Of a stretch of DNA of 19,231 nucleotides, positions 1 through 8,532 are shown one piece after another; positions within the stretch are counted from its first letter, which is position 1; each line of letters starts with the position of its first letter. The stretch is from an archaeon. GTDB lineage: Archaea; Nanobdellota; Nanobdellia; Woesearchaeales; UBA9642. The notes under the pieces are model-generated. The model searched no databases. It was not told the origin of the DNA and saw nothing but the letters and a program-made list of their open reading frames with translations. A program made the position numbers and the translations under genes. Location: the NCBI GenBank assembly GCA_043806035.1, contig JAZDHK010000004.1, forward strand, positions 1 through 19,231, given 5' to 3'.

Positions 1-7
1 CGTGCAA

Positions 8-499
8 TTACTTCTTGCCCGTTATGTGTTTGCGCAATGCCTGCGGGATTGCGTTCGGGGAAGGGAGGTTGATGTCGTGAGTGGTCTTCTTTATTTTTTT
101 GAAGCCAGGGATTCTCGGCACGACGAGCGCATAGCCCAACCCGAGTAATGCCATGACGTACATGCCAAAGCCTATGGCCATGCCGATGCTTGCCGAGAAC
201 CAGATGCTCGCTGCCGTCGTCAAATTCGTTATTCTTCCCGAGTCGTTCTTGAGGATGATGCCCGCTCCCAAGAACCCAACACCTGTGATGATCTGTGCGG
301 CAATCCTCGATGTTGATTCGGGATCGACGATGTTTGAGATGAATGCGAAGATCATGCTTCCCCCCACCACGAATGCATGCGTCGAGATGCCTGCTGGTTT
401 TCCTCGCAATTCCCTCTCCGCACCGATGAGGGCGCCGACCGCAAGGGAAAGGATAAGACCTATTGCGAATGTGTACTCTTGACCGATGAAGGCGAACAT
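8..499 (-). CDS. MgtC/SapB family membrane protein (N-terminal membrane domain only)
   Basis: Family motifs GAERE, AGISTH, SRIAAQIITGVGFLGAGII and LTTAASIW. Several hydrophobic helices. 163 aa, without the C-terminal ACT-like domain. Confidence 0.9.
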   Translation of the reverse strand: MFAFIGQEYTFAIGLILSLAVGALIGAERELRGKPAGISTHAFVVGGSMIFAFISNIVDPESTSRIAAQIITGVGFLGAGIILKNDSGRITNLTTAASIWFSASIGMAIGFGMYVMALLGLGYALVVPRIPGFKKIKKTTHDINLPSPNAIPQALRKHITGKK

Positions 500-536
500 A
501 TGTGTTTTTTTTCTGTACTCATTAATATGTTTTTTG

Positions 537-1451
537 CTAATCCATCGCCTTGTTTTCTGGTTCGATGAAGCACTTCGCTTGCGGGATGATCTCTTTGACC
601 CTTGCCTCTATCTGGTCATTGATCTTCTCAACTTGCCTGATGCGTAGGTTGCCGTTGTATTTTATCTCGAGCCCTATGATGACCACTTCATCGGAGAGGT
701 GCATGGTCTTGAGCGTGAAGACTTTTTGCACTTCGTCGAAGCTTTCGACGATGGCCCTGATCTTTCTCTTCTTGCGGTAGCTGATGCTCTCGCCGATGAT
801 GAGTTTCTTCACCTCATAGCCGAGCATGAGCGCGAAGATCATGAGCAGCACGCCGATGATGATGCTGCCGATTGCATCATATATGTGATTGCCTGTTATG
901 TAGGTGAGGGTGATGCTGACTGCAGCAATGCCAAGGCCGATGATGGCAAGCGAGTCTTCCATGAAGACCGTAAGCACAGTAGGATTCTTCGAGTGCTTGA
1001 TGGTGAGAAAAAGATTGTCGTAGTGTTCTTCTTTTTGTAGTTTCTTCATCTGCTTGTGCGCTAGCCGCAATGCATAGCCGTCGAAGATGAATCCGACAAG
1101 GATGGCGGCGTAGCTCCAGTACACGTTCTTTATGGTTTCTGGGTGCAGAAGACTGCTGTATCCTTCCCGTATGCTCAACGTTCCCGCTACGCCGAAGAGG
1201 ATGACGGCAACGACGAAACTCCAGAAGTACTGCTCTCTGGCATGCCCGAACGGGTGCAGTTGCGTCGCTTCCCTCTTGCTGAGCTTAATGCCGATGAGCA
1301 GGAATATCTGGTTGGCCGTATCCGAGAGGCTGTGGTATGCTTCTGCGAGCATGGCAGAGCTTCTTGTCACGAGTGCCGCGATGAATTTGAAAAGGGCTAT
1401 GGCTAGATTTCCCAGAAGTGCGGCATAGACTGTTTTTTTTGTTGCATTCAC
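537..1451 (-). CDS. Cation diffusion facilitator (CDF) family transporter
   Basis: TM2 motif SSAMLAEAYHSLSD, HPFGH loop, TM5 EDSLA, about 6 TM helices and a soluble C-terminal domain ending FIEPE. GTG start with a TATA-like box at 1476-1483. Confidence 0.92.
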   Translation of the reverse strand: MNATKKTVYAALLGNLAIALFKFIAALVTRSSAMLAEAYHSLSDTANQIFLLIGIKLSKREATQLHPFGHAREQYFWSFVVAVILFGVAGTLSIREGYSSLLHPETIKNVYWSYAAILVGFIFDGYALRLAHKQMKKLQKEEHYDNLFLTIKHSKNPTVLTVFMEDSLAIIGLGIAAVSITLTYITGNHIYDAIGSIIIGVLLMIFALMLGYEVKKLIIGESISYRKKRKIRAIVESFDEVQKVFTLKTMHLSDEVVIIGLEIKYNGNLRIRQVEKINDQIEARVKEIIPQAKCFIEPENKAMD

Positions 1452-1500
1452 GTACGTACTCCGTTAGCAAGAGCATTTATAATGATTATTATGGCAGGTG

Positions 1501-1899
1501 TCATATTCTGCGCAAGTCACCAGAGAGGACGAATGGGTGCATGGCAGCAATCTCGTCCGTATATGCCAGTTGTGGAATGGGGTTGAGCAGATAAATGTTC
1601 TTGTGCAGGACGTGTGCGAAGGCCATCTCGATGAGGGCATTACCTCCAACATAATTTGGTATGTTGTTCTTGGTGTGGTTGAGGATGAGGATGGCGTCTT
1701 GTTCCTTGATGCGTTCGTAGTATTCCCTGATGACGTCTCTGTCGAGCTTGTCCCATTTGTGTTCTGCACTCCTCTCTCCTATGCTGTACTGGATAGTTCC
1801 CTGAGGTACGATGACCTCGTGGCCGAGATCTTCCAGGGATTGTTTTGTGTGCAGCATTTCCTTGGCGAAGTGCATGCTGCCGCAGATGGCGATTTTCAT
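1501..1899 (-). CDS. Nucleoside 2-deoxyribosyltransferase-like (N-glycosidase fold) protein
   Basis: MKIAICGSM start, DAILILN strand and GGNALIEMAFA...KNIYLL (Glu at the nucleophile position) match the NDT/Rcl-like pattern. TATA box 29 nt upstream of the ATG. Confidence 0.6.
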   Translation of the reverse strand: MKIAICGSMHFAKEMLHTKQSLEDLGHEVIVPQGTIQYSIGERSAEHKWDKLDRDVIREYYERIKEQDAILILNHTKNNIPNYVGGNALIEMAFAHVLHKNIYLLNPIPQLAYTDEIAAMHPFVLSGDLRRI

Positions 1900-1958
1900 A
1901 GTTAGGGTAATGACTGCCTATTTATAAGCTTGTCTGAGCACGCATTTAGCCAAACTGT

Positions 1959-2303
1959 TCAGATAAAATCGAGCTCGTCTGAACGAAACGTGCTCTCTTT
2001 CGGCGTTTTTCTCTCAGAATCCTCTTTTTTCACCGATTTTTTTGCAGTTTCTTCATTCATTTCTGCAGCTTTTGCCATGCTGATGTTCCCACATCTCAGA
2101 CAGGAGAAGAACGTCCCGAATTTTCCTTGCCTGACGTCTATGTACTCTCCACAGGCGCATTTCCAATCAGTTATCTCTGCAGATTTGTGCTGGTTGCAGA
2201 CGGGGACGCCTTGACTGTTTTGCGTGGTGGCATGTTGTGTGCAGAATGGACATCTTTCAACTCTGCTCTGTCCGTACCGTTTGGGAATGTACATGTTCCT
2301 CAT
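1959..2303 (-). CDS. Small double zinc-finger protein (CPFC..CxxH; CxC..CxxC, second module resembles a topoisomerase-type Zn ribbon)
   Basis: 3' part of ORF 1959..2429. The ATG at 2303 overlaps the carboxypeptidase TGA (ATGA); alternative start 2294 (MYIPKRYG). CACGEYIDVRQGKFGTFFSCLRC resembles topoisomerase C4 ribbons. Confidence 0.7.
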   Translation of the reverse strand: MRNMYIPKRYGQSRVERCPFCTQHATTQNSQGVPVCNQHKSAEITDWKCACGEYIDVRQGKFGTFFSCLRCGNISMAKAAEMNEETAKKSVKKEDSERKTPKESTFRSDELDFI

Positions 2304-3736
2304 GGAGCGCATTTTCTGTGAAGGTAGGTGATGAAGTCCTGCACGTCGAGCGCTTTGCCGCATGCTGCCCGCATCAGATCTTTGGCGAGGAACATCGCTC
2401 CGTGACGATGGATCTTTTTTGCAAGCCATTGTTTGATGAAAGAGAAATCACCCTTGCTGATGTCTTTTTCGAGCTGCGGATGTTCTCTGAGCAGTGCACG
2501 GTAGAGCATGGCTGCGTAAATGCTGCCTAATGCATACGTGGGAAAATAGCCGAATGCGCCCTGGCTCCAATGCACGTCCTGCAGGCAGCCTTCAGCATCG
2601 TGCTTGGGAGTGATGCCCAGGTACGTTTTGTATTTGTCATTCCACGCTCGAGGAATGTCCTTGACTGACAGGCTGCCTTCAATAAGTGCTTTCTCTATCT
2701 CGTATCTGATGATGATGTGCATGCAGTACGTGACCTCGTCCGCTTCGATCCTGATGAGGCTCGGCTGGACGGTGATGAGCCGCTTGTAGAATTGCTCGTG
2801 TGAAATGCTGAGCTGGAGTTCCTTGCTGAAGAAGTCATAATAGAAGTGCCAGAACGGCATGCCTTTGCAGATGATGTTCTCCCAGAACCTGCTCTGACTT
2901 TCGTGCATGCCGAGGCTGGGAGCGTCTGCGAGGATGGTGTTCTTGAGATCCTTGCCGAAGCCTCCTTCGTAGAGTGCGTGGCCTGCCTCGTGTGCAGTGC
3001 TGAGAAATGCGAACGTCGGATCGTGCTTGAACGCAGTCGTTATTCTGATGTCGTCCGGGCCGAGCGTCGTGGTGAACGGGTGCGCGGATAGGGCGATGAG
3101 GAATCGTTCCTTAGTATCGAGGATGCGCGTGGCGATGTCCTGCGTTATCGTCTTTTGTGCTTGCACATCGCTCGTGATTATTCTTTTTTTTCCTGCATAT
3201 GTTCTGATGAGGGGAATGAGCTCCCGCTTGAGCCTGGCAAAGATGATGTCCAGTTCAGCAAGGGTCATGCCGCGTTCGTACTCGTCCAACAGTACCTCGT
3301 AAGGGTGCTTGTGCTTGTCGATGAGCGCTGCTTCTTTCTGTTTTAGGGAAATGATGCGTTCCAGGAATGGCTTGAAGATGCGAAAGTCTTTTTTCTGCTT
3401 GGCTTTCTCCCATGCCTGCTCCGCCCGTGCGGTGAGTGTAGAGAGCTCTTCGACATGCTCTTTTGGCAGTTTCTCCGCTCGACCCATCTTCCAGGCATAG
3501 CGTTCCAGGATTGCCTGTTGGATGGGCGTTTTTGCTCGCAGTGTTCTGATCTCGCGCTTGAGCTCGTCGCTCGTGAGCCGTTCATGATACATTCTACTCA
3601 TAAGACCGCATTGCAGTGCACGCTGCTCCACTCCTGCTGCAGGCATGAGCACCGCCCTATCCCAATGCAAGAGGTTGGAGATGCCACAGAGCAGCGCGAG
3701 CTCTTCTTCACATGTCCGAAAGGTTGTCCATGTCAT
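2300..3736 (-). CDS. Carboxypeptidase, M32 family (carboxypeptidase Taq-like)
   Basis: HEXXH as HEAGH, plus HPF, HESQS, IRIEADE, GCLQDVHW and GYFPTY motifs. Start re-called to ATG 3736, with AGGAGG at 3742-3747 lying inside the ABC gene 3' end. 478 aa. Confidence 0.95.
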   Translation of the reverse strand: MTWTTFRTCEEELALLCGISNLLHWDRAVLMPAAGVEQRALQCGLMSRMYHERLTSDELKREIRTLRAKTPIQQAILERYAWKMGRAEKLPKEHVEELSTLTARAEQAWEKAKQKKDFRIFKPFLERIISLKQKEAALIDKHKHPYEVLLDEYERGMTLAELDIIFARLKRELIPLIRTYAGKKRIITSDVQAQKTITQDIATRILDTKERFLIALSAHPFTTTLGPDDIRITTAFKHDPTFAFLSTAHEAGHALYEGGFGKDLKNTILADAPSLGMHESQSRFWENIICKGMPFWHFYYDFFSKELQLSISHEQFYKRLITVQPSLIRIEADEVTYCMHIIIRYEIEKALIEGSLSVKDIPRAWNDKYKTYLGITPKHDAEGCLQDVHWSQGAFGYFPTYALGSIYAAMLYRALLREHPQLEKDISKGDFSFIKQWLAKKIHRHGAMFLAKDLMRAACGKALDVQDFITYLHRKCAP

Positions 3737-5489
3737 AGTAGCCTCCTTTCTGCAATTCCCACAAGGTCTTGTAGAGTCCTTTTTTCTTGATGAGCTGCTT
3801 GTGCGTACCTTGCTGCACGATCCTGCCGTTGTTGATGACCACGATGATGTCCGCATGCATGATTGTCGAAAGTCTGTGGGCGATGATGATGCTGGTTCGG
3901 TGCTGCATGAGCTTGAAGAGGTCGCGTTGGATGTCATGTTCCGTTGAGCTGTCAAGGCTGCTCGTTGCCTCGTCCAGAATAAGTATTTTTTTGTTTGCCA
4001 GCAATGCGCGCGCGATGGAGACCCGTTGTTTTTCCCCGCCGCTGAGCTTGATGCCTCGTTCTCCGACGATAGTTTGGTCTTTGTTCGGGAATTGCTCGAT
4101 GATTTTGTCGAGCTGGGCGAAGCGCATCGCCCTGTCCACCTCTTCCCGCGATGCTGCGGGGCTGCTGAACGCGATGTTGTTTAGGATGGTGTCGTCGAAC
4201 AGCACGCATTCCTGGGGTACGATGCTCAGTTCTGATCTGAGGCTTTCCTGCGTCACGTCTTTGATGTTCTTGTCGTCAATACGGATGGTCCCTTCTGCAG
4301 GGTCGTAGAATCGGTAGAGGAGTTTGATGATGGTCGTCTTGCCAGCCCCTGATGGCCCGATGATGGCCACTTTCTTGTTCTTGGGAATGCGCAGGCTGAA
4401 CCTGTCCAGGATCTTTCTTCCTTTGTGCTTGAATGTGACGTTCTGGAAGGTGATGGTGCCCTCATTGACGAGAAGCTGCCGTGCCCCTGGACTGTCGGTG
4501 ATTTCTTGCTGCACCTTGCCGTACTGGAAGAGGCTTTCGAAATCGGCGATGGCGCGGTTGTAGTCCCGCATGCCGTGTACAAAGCTGTAGAGCACGCCCG
4601 TGAATGAGGTGAATGTCGCGTACGTGAAGACCAGTGTCCCTATCGTTATCCTGTTGGCGAGGAAGCTGTTGATGGACGTGTACACGAGGATGAGCGTGCC
4701 TATGCCGAGGATGAATACTTGTCCTGCCGAGATGAATCGCCAATGATTCCACGCATGTAGGGTCGCCTTTTTTGTTTCTGTGCTGACGTTCTGATATTTG
4801 CCCATGACATCCTTTTGCTTGCCAAAATACATGATGCTTTCCACATTGGTGAAGAAGTCGGAGATCTGGGCCTTCTCATAATCCTCCTGATTGTTCATGG
4901 CAGTATACGCCTTGAGCTGTGTCTTCATGGTGAGATAGTTGAAAATGATAAATACTATTGCCGTGAGGGTCATGACGAGTGCAGAGAGCGGGTCGAGGAC
5001 GAGCAGGCTTCCGCCGATGACGATGAGCTGGACGAGGAACGGCAGCAGGTTGAAGACGAAGACGTCGGTCATGCGTTCTATGGCGCTGCCTCCTCTGACG
5101 AGTCTGCTGATGATGCTGCCTGTCTTGTTGGAGGTGTGGAAGCTGTAGCTGAGATTGATGAGGTGGTTGAAGAATTTCTGCTTGAGATCGAAGATGAGCC
5201 GGGTCTCAAGGCGATTGATGCAGTGCATGTTCGTCCAACGGAGCACTACCCTGACGAGGAAGATGATGAGGTAGATGCCTGCAAGAAAGAGCAATGCAGC
5301 AATGAGCAGGTCTTTTCCCAGAGCTCCTTCTGCAAAGGCAGTTATTTTGTCGATGACGTATTTGAAGATGAGACGGTCTGCAACGTAGCTTGCCTCAAGG
5401 ATGATGATGAGCAGGATCATGATGGCGATGAGCCAACGGTATCTTTTGAGCAGCTGCCCATACACGCGCAGATTGTATTTTATGTCCAT
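3708..5489 (-). CDS. ABC half-transporter (fused TMD+NBD, type IV exporter fold, Atm1/MsbA-like)
   Basis: N-terminal multi-TM domain, Walker A GPSGAGKT, Q-loop VPQE, signature LSGGEKQR, Walker B ILDEATSSLD and H-loop IAHRLST. Confidence 0.95.
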   Translation of the reverse strand: MDIKYNLRVYGQLLKRYRWLIAIMILLIIILEASYVADRLIFKYVIDKITAFAEGALGKDLLIAALLFLAGIYLIIFLVRVVLRWTNMHCINRLETRLIFDLKQKFFNHLINLSYSFHTSNKTGSIISRLVRGGSAIERMTDVFVFNLLPFLVQLIVIGGSLLVLDPLSALVMTLTAIVFIIFNYLTMKTQLKAYTAMNNQEDYEKAQISDFFTNVESIMYFGKQKDVMGKYQNVSTETKKATLHAWNHWRFISAGQVFILGIGTLILVYTSINSFLANRITIGTLVFTYATFTSFTGVLYSFVHGMRDYNRAIADFESLFQYGKVQQEITDSPGARQLLVNEGTITFQNVTFKHKGRKILDRFSLRIPKNKKVAIIGPSGAGKTTIIKLLYRFYDPAEGTIRIDDKNIKDVTQESLRSELSIVPQECVLFDDTILNNIAFSSPAASREEVDRAMRFAQLDKIIEQFPNKDQTIVGERGIKLSGGEKQRVSIARALLANKKILILDEATSSLDSSTEHDIQRDLFKLMQHRTSIIIAHRLSTIMHADIIVVINNGRIVQQGTHKQLIKKKGLYKTLWELQKGGYYDMDNLSDM

Positions 5490-5509
5490 GCGAGTAGGCC
5501 TTGGCTCTC

Positions 5510-5517
5510 CTTTTAAA
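5510..5517 (-). promoter_or_regulatory. Archaeal TATA box for the ABC/M32/Zn-finger operon (probably leaderless)
   Basis: TTTAAAAG on the minus strand, first T 28 nt before ATG 5489. Confidence 0.6.
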
Positions 5518-5578
5518 TAGCTATTGCCAATTTCCTCTCGCTCGCACAGCCATAATGCTGTTCTGTTGTCACTTTATA

Positions 5579-5594
5579 GGAAAAACTTTATAAG
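5579..5594 (+). promoter_or_regulatory. BRE-TATA promoter of the Lon-like protease gene
   Basis: Purine-rich GGAAAAAC followed by TTTATAAG (5587-5594), 30 nt before ATG 5617. Confidence 0.7.
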
Positions 5595-5616
5595 GTGGGG
5601 TTTGTTTCCTGTCCCC

Positions 5617-8514
5617 ATGGACGACGCTCAAGAAGTCACACACGGCCTGTACGGGCACATTGGCGATAAGCCCATCCAGCAATTTCCCACGTACGGTGAT
5701 GAAGTTACCACATTTCTTGCTCAACCGCCGGAAGCACGACCTCCCGTCGTGAACCAGGAAAAAACCATAACGGATGTCCTGCGCGCAGCCTCGTCTGGCT
5801 ATAGCAATTGTATCTTAGTGGGTGAAGCAGGCACGGGCAGATTCGGCGTCCTGGAATACAACGCCCAGCTCCTGACGGGAAAGCAATCGCTCACCGGACT
5901 GCCATTCAAACAGCATGCCCAGCCTTACCTCGAGGAAATACTCAAGAAGCCAGGCCTGTTCGTCCCACGTGATTATCTGAGCCTACCAAACATGCACGTG
6001 CCGAAGAAGCCCGTCATGATCACGTACACGGATGCTGCCCGTCTGCAAGAGGATGCGTTCGTTGTGCAAAACTTCTATACACAAATCATTGATTTCGTCA
6101 ATAGCTTCATCAGGAGAGAGGATACACCACAAGTCATCGGTCCGAACTTCCAGGCAGTCATTGATGTAGATAAGCAGAAGCGTCCCCGTGAGGAATTCGT
6201 GTGTGACGTGCAGTACAAGATTCATGAGTTTTTCATTGATGTGTACACGGAAGTGAAGGAGATTATGGACGAGGCGTACGATGACTCTCGCTCACGAAAA
6301 CCCATTGCGGTCGTCGACTTCACCATTCCTGAAGAAGGCAGCGAAGGCCAGTACACGTGGAAGGTAAGTTGGGAATTTTTGAAGGATCAGAAGGTACGGA
6401 TTCCTACGAACAAGAAGGCATTCATGAAAGCTGCAGGATATGAACGCAAAAAGACCCCGAAACAGGCCGACCTGCAAAACAGGCTAGCCAAAAAGATCAA
6501 GGAAAACTACACATCAAAGCTGGAACAGCTCATCAAGGACGTGGTTGGCGACCAGTATGTTGAACTGAAGTCAGAAGAACGTTTTGCACTGTTCAAGGAC
6601 CAATTTAGCGAGTACCTCGCCCGTAACATCACGCCCATAAGGTCTGATTACGCGGACAACTTCATTGCAAACCAAAGCGCAGTGCTGAACATGTTGCTCA
6701 TGCGCGGTCCCACCCAAGACCTGAGCGTTGATAATTTTGTGAACAACCTCTCCAAGATTCGTGCTGCGCATCGCGTGGGAACAACGGATGCCGTCCAGCA
6801 GTGGATGGATACCGTGCTGGACTATTTCCAGGAAAAAAAGAGTCTGATCAGCACTGAACTGGTCACGATCATGCGTGATTATCAAGTGGCGAAGAAACGA
6901 AAGGAAAAACAAGAAGAGGAGTCGGAGGAAGAACCGCCCGAAGATGGGGCAGACAAGTACAGCTTGCGCATACAGCACGGCAACTGCCGCATGGCGCTAG
7001 AAAACATCTTCAAGCCGCACATCCTCCGAGGCACAACGGAAAAGACGTATAAGGTTATGAACAACTTCGCTGGCAAAGGCATCTTTGGCAATTTTATCGA
7101 TCATGACGAACGCACACCTCCTCATCTCACGATGCAGTCGCTTGGGGAGTTCTTCACGTCTGACATCATTATCTTCCGTGACAGCTTCAACAAGTTCATC
7201 AACATCCTCTGCAGGGAGAGCGATGAGCTGGAGAAGGACGAGAACATGCGCACGCAGTTCTTCGATTACCTCGACAATGGCACGCTGAACGTCATCAATA
7301 ACGGCATCACGTACGCCATAGAGAAACCGGGCATTATCTTTGCCTGTGACATCGAGAATCCCTTGTACAGCAGATACGACGGCGGCGTGCGTGAGGAGCA
7401 CGAAATTGAGAGCAGGATGAACCTCGTCTTAGGAGAGTCTTTTGTCAAGAACACCCCTCATGCAAGGCAGGGCACGCTTTCCTTCTTCAGGGATGGCGTG
7501 GCAGACTTCAACAAGAGGCACAAGACGAACATTCAACTCCTGCCTGAGGCAGCACACATGCTGCTCATGGACATGGTGGATTCTGATTCAGGCATTCTCG
7601 GTCTCGGCTATGGTGAGATGAATGCTGCATTAGAGAACTTGTTCTTGAAGGCGCTCGCAGGAAAGACAAACATTACGCCAGAGCTGCTGAAGAAGCACTT
7701 CAGAGATGAGCTGTCCGTGGACTTTTTCTCAGCGATCGACAGTTGTAAGGAGTTCGGAGGATATTTTGACTTGCCTCCTGCTGTTGTTGGAAAGGTGCAC
7801 GGGTTGTACGTTACGGAGGATGATGTTGCTGGCTTGAGTAGTGTGTATAGTTATTATGTTCCACTGCTTGATCCCTTACGAATACACGAGTCTCGCTTTG
7901 AGCTGGTGGAGGCAAAGGCAGGTCTTGCCGGGCAATCTGAGATAAAGGGTTTTGAGCTCGTGACAAACTACCTACAGCGGTTGCTTGCACCGTATCACGA
8001 GCAATGGAAAAAGTGCAACTGGAAAATCGTCACTGAATTTAAGGATGAGTTTGAACCTCAGGACGGTCCGAGCGCAAGCACGGCCATTGCAGTGAGTGTG
8101 CTTTCTGCGCTGAGCGGAACGCCCTTGTATAAGAACAGGTTCTTGACAGGAACGTTAGATCCTGAAGGCCAAGTGGGTGTGATTGGAGGAACGTACTGGA
8201 AAGCGCTCGTACCCCTGCGCATACAGGAACTCGCGAAGGAACGCAAGGCAGAGACGCCCATGTATTTCATCTTCCCCGCAGGCAATATCCTGGACTTGTC
8301 TAAGGAACTCGCGTATGACCCATTCAATCTTGATGAGAACGTATGCTTACTGCCGATTTCTACGATAGCACAGGCATACCACTATTTTACCGTCGACAAG
8401 ATAACGGAAGAGGAGATACTGCATGCGCAGGAGCATGGCAGCAAGAAGCTTGAGCAAGATCTCGAGCGCATCATCCAGAATCTGAAAGAGAATACGGTGC
8501 CTACTGGAAAATAA
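5617..8514 (+). CDS. Lon-like (S16) serine protease with degenerate AAA+ module, LonC/YcbZ-like, soluble
   Basis: DGPSAS catalytic Ser (8071-8073) and Lys (8200-8202) are 43 residues apart, as in Lon S679/K722. TGTL..G.V..IGG motif present. N-terminal NQEK..GYSNCILVGEAGTGR is a Walker-A-like loop with K replaced by R. Start re-called to ATG 5617 from the TATA spacing. 965 aa. Confidence 0.8.
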   Translation: MDDAQEVTHGLYGHIGDKPIQQFPTYGDEVTTFLAQPPEARPPVVNQEKTITDVLRAASSGYSNCILVGEAGTGRFGVLEYNAQLLTGKQSLTGLPFKQHAQPYLEEILKKPGLFVPRDYLSLPNMHVPKKPVMITYTDAARLQEDAFVVQNFYTQIIDFVNSFIRREDTPQVIGPNFQAVIDVDKQKRPREEFVCDVQYKIHEFFIDVYTEVKEIMDEAYDDSRSRKPIAVVDFTIPEEGSEGQYTWKVSWEFLKDQKVRIPTNKKAFMKAAGYERKKTPKQADLQNRLAKKIKENYTSKLEQLIKDVVGDQYVELKSEERFALFKDQFSEYLARNITPIRSDYADNFIANQSAVLNMLLMRGPTQDLSVDNFVNNLSKIRAAHRVGTTDAVQQWMDTVLDYFQEKKSLISTELVTIMRDYQVAKKRKEKQEEESEEEPPEDGADKYSLRIQHGNCRMALENIFKPHILRGTTEKTYKVMNNFAGKGIFGNFIDHDERTPPHLTMQSLGEFFTSDIIIFRDSFNKFINILCRESDELEKDENMRTQFFDYLDNGTLNVINNGITYAIEKPGIIFACDIENPLYSRYDGGVREEHEIESRMNLVLGESFVKNTPHARQGTLSFFRDGVADFNKRHKTNIQLLPEAAHMLLMDMVDSDSGILGLGYGEMNAALENLFLKALAGKTNITPELLKKHFRDELSVDFFSAIDSCKEFGGYFDLPPAVVGKVHGLYVTEDDVAGLSSVYSYYVPLLDPLRIHESRFELVEAKAGLAGQSEIKGFELVTNYLQRLLAPYHEQWKKCNWKIVTEFKDEFEPQDGPSASTAIAVSVLSALSGTPLYKNRFLTGTLDPEGQVGVIGGTYWKALVPLRIQELAKERKAETPMYFIFPAGNILDLSKELAYDPFNLDENVCLLPISTIAQAYHYFTVDKITEEEILHAQEHGSKKLEQDLERIIQNLKENTVPTGK

Positions 8515-8532
8515 ATACGTGGATGACAATGA

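Noticed and set aside
1450-1457. ACGTACGT palindrome at the CDF start, sharing a core with the VKOR promoter palindrome
   Set aside because: Only 8 bp, and it also occurs inside coding sequence (9561-9568). Not enough to claim a shared regulon.
2304-2429. N-terminal extensions in the ORF track (2429, 3955, 5524, 9414, 11568, 15378, 16722 starts)
   Set aside because: They overlap neighbouring genes or promoters. TATA spacing, SD motifs and ATGA coupling point to downstream ATGs (2303, 3736, 5617, 9300, 11613, 15168, 16767).
4815-5516. 233-aa acidic ORF antisense to the ABC transporter
   Set aside because: Shadow frame. The Asp/Glu richness is the reverse complement of Ile/Leu/Phe/Val codons in the TM domain.
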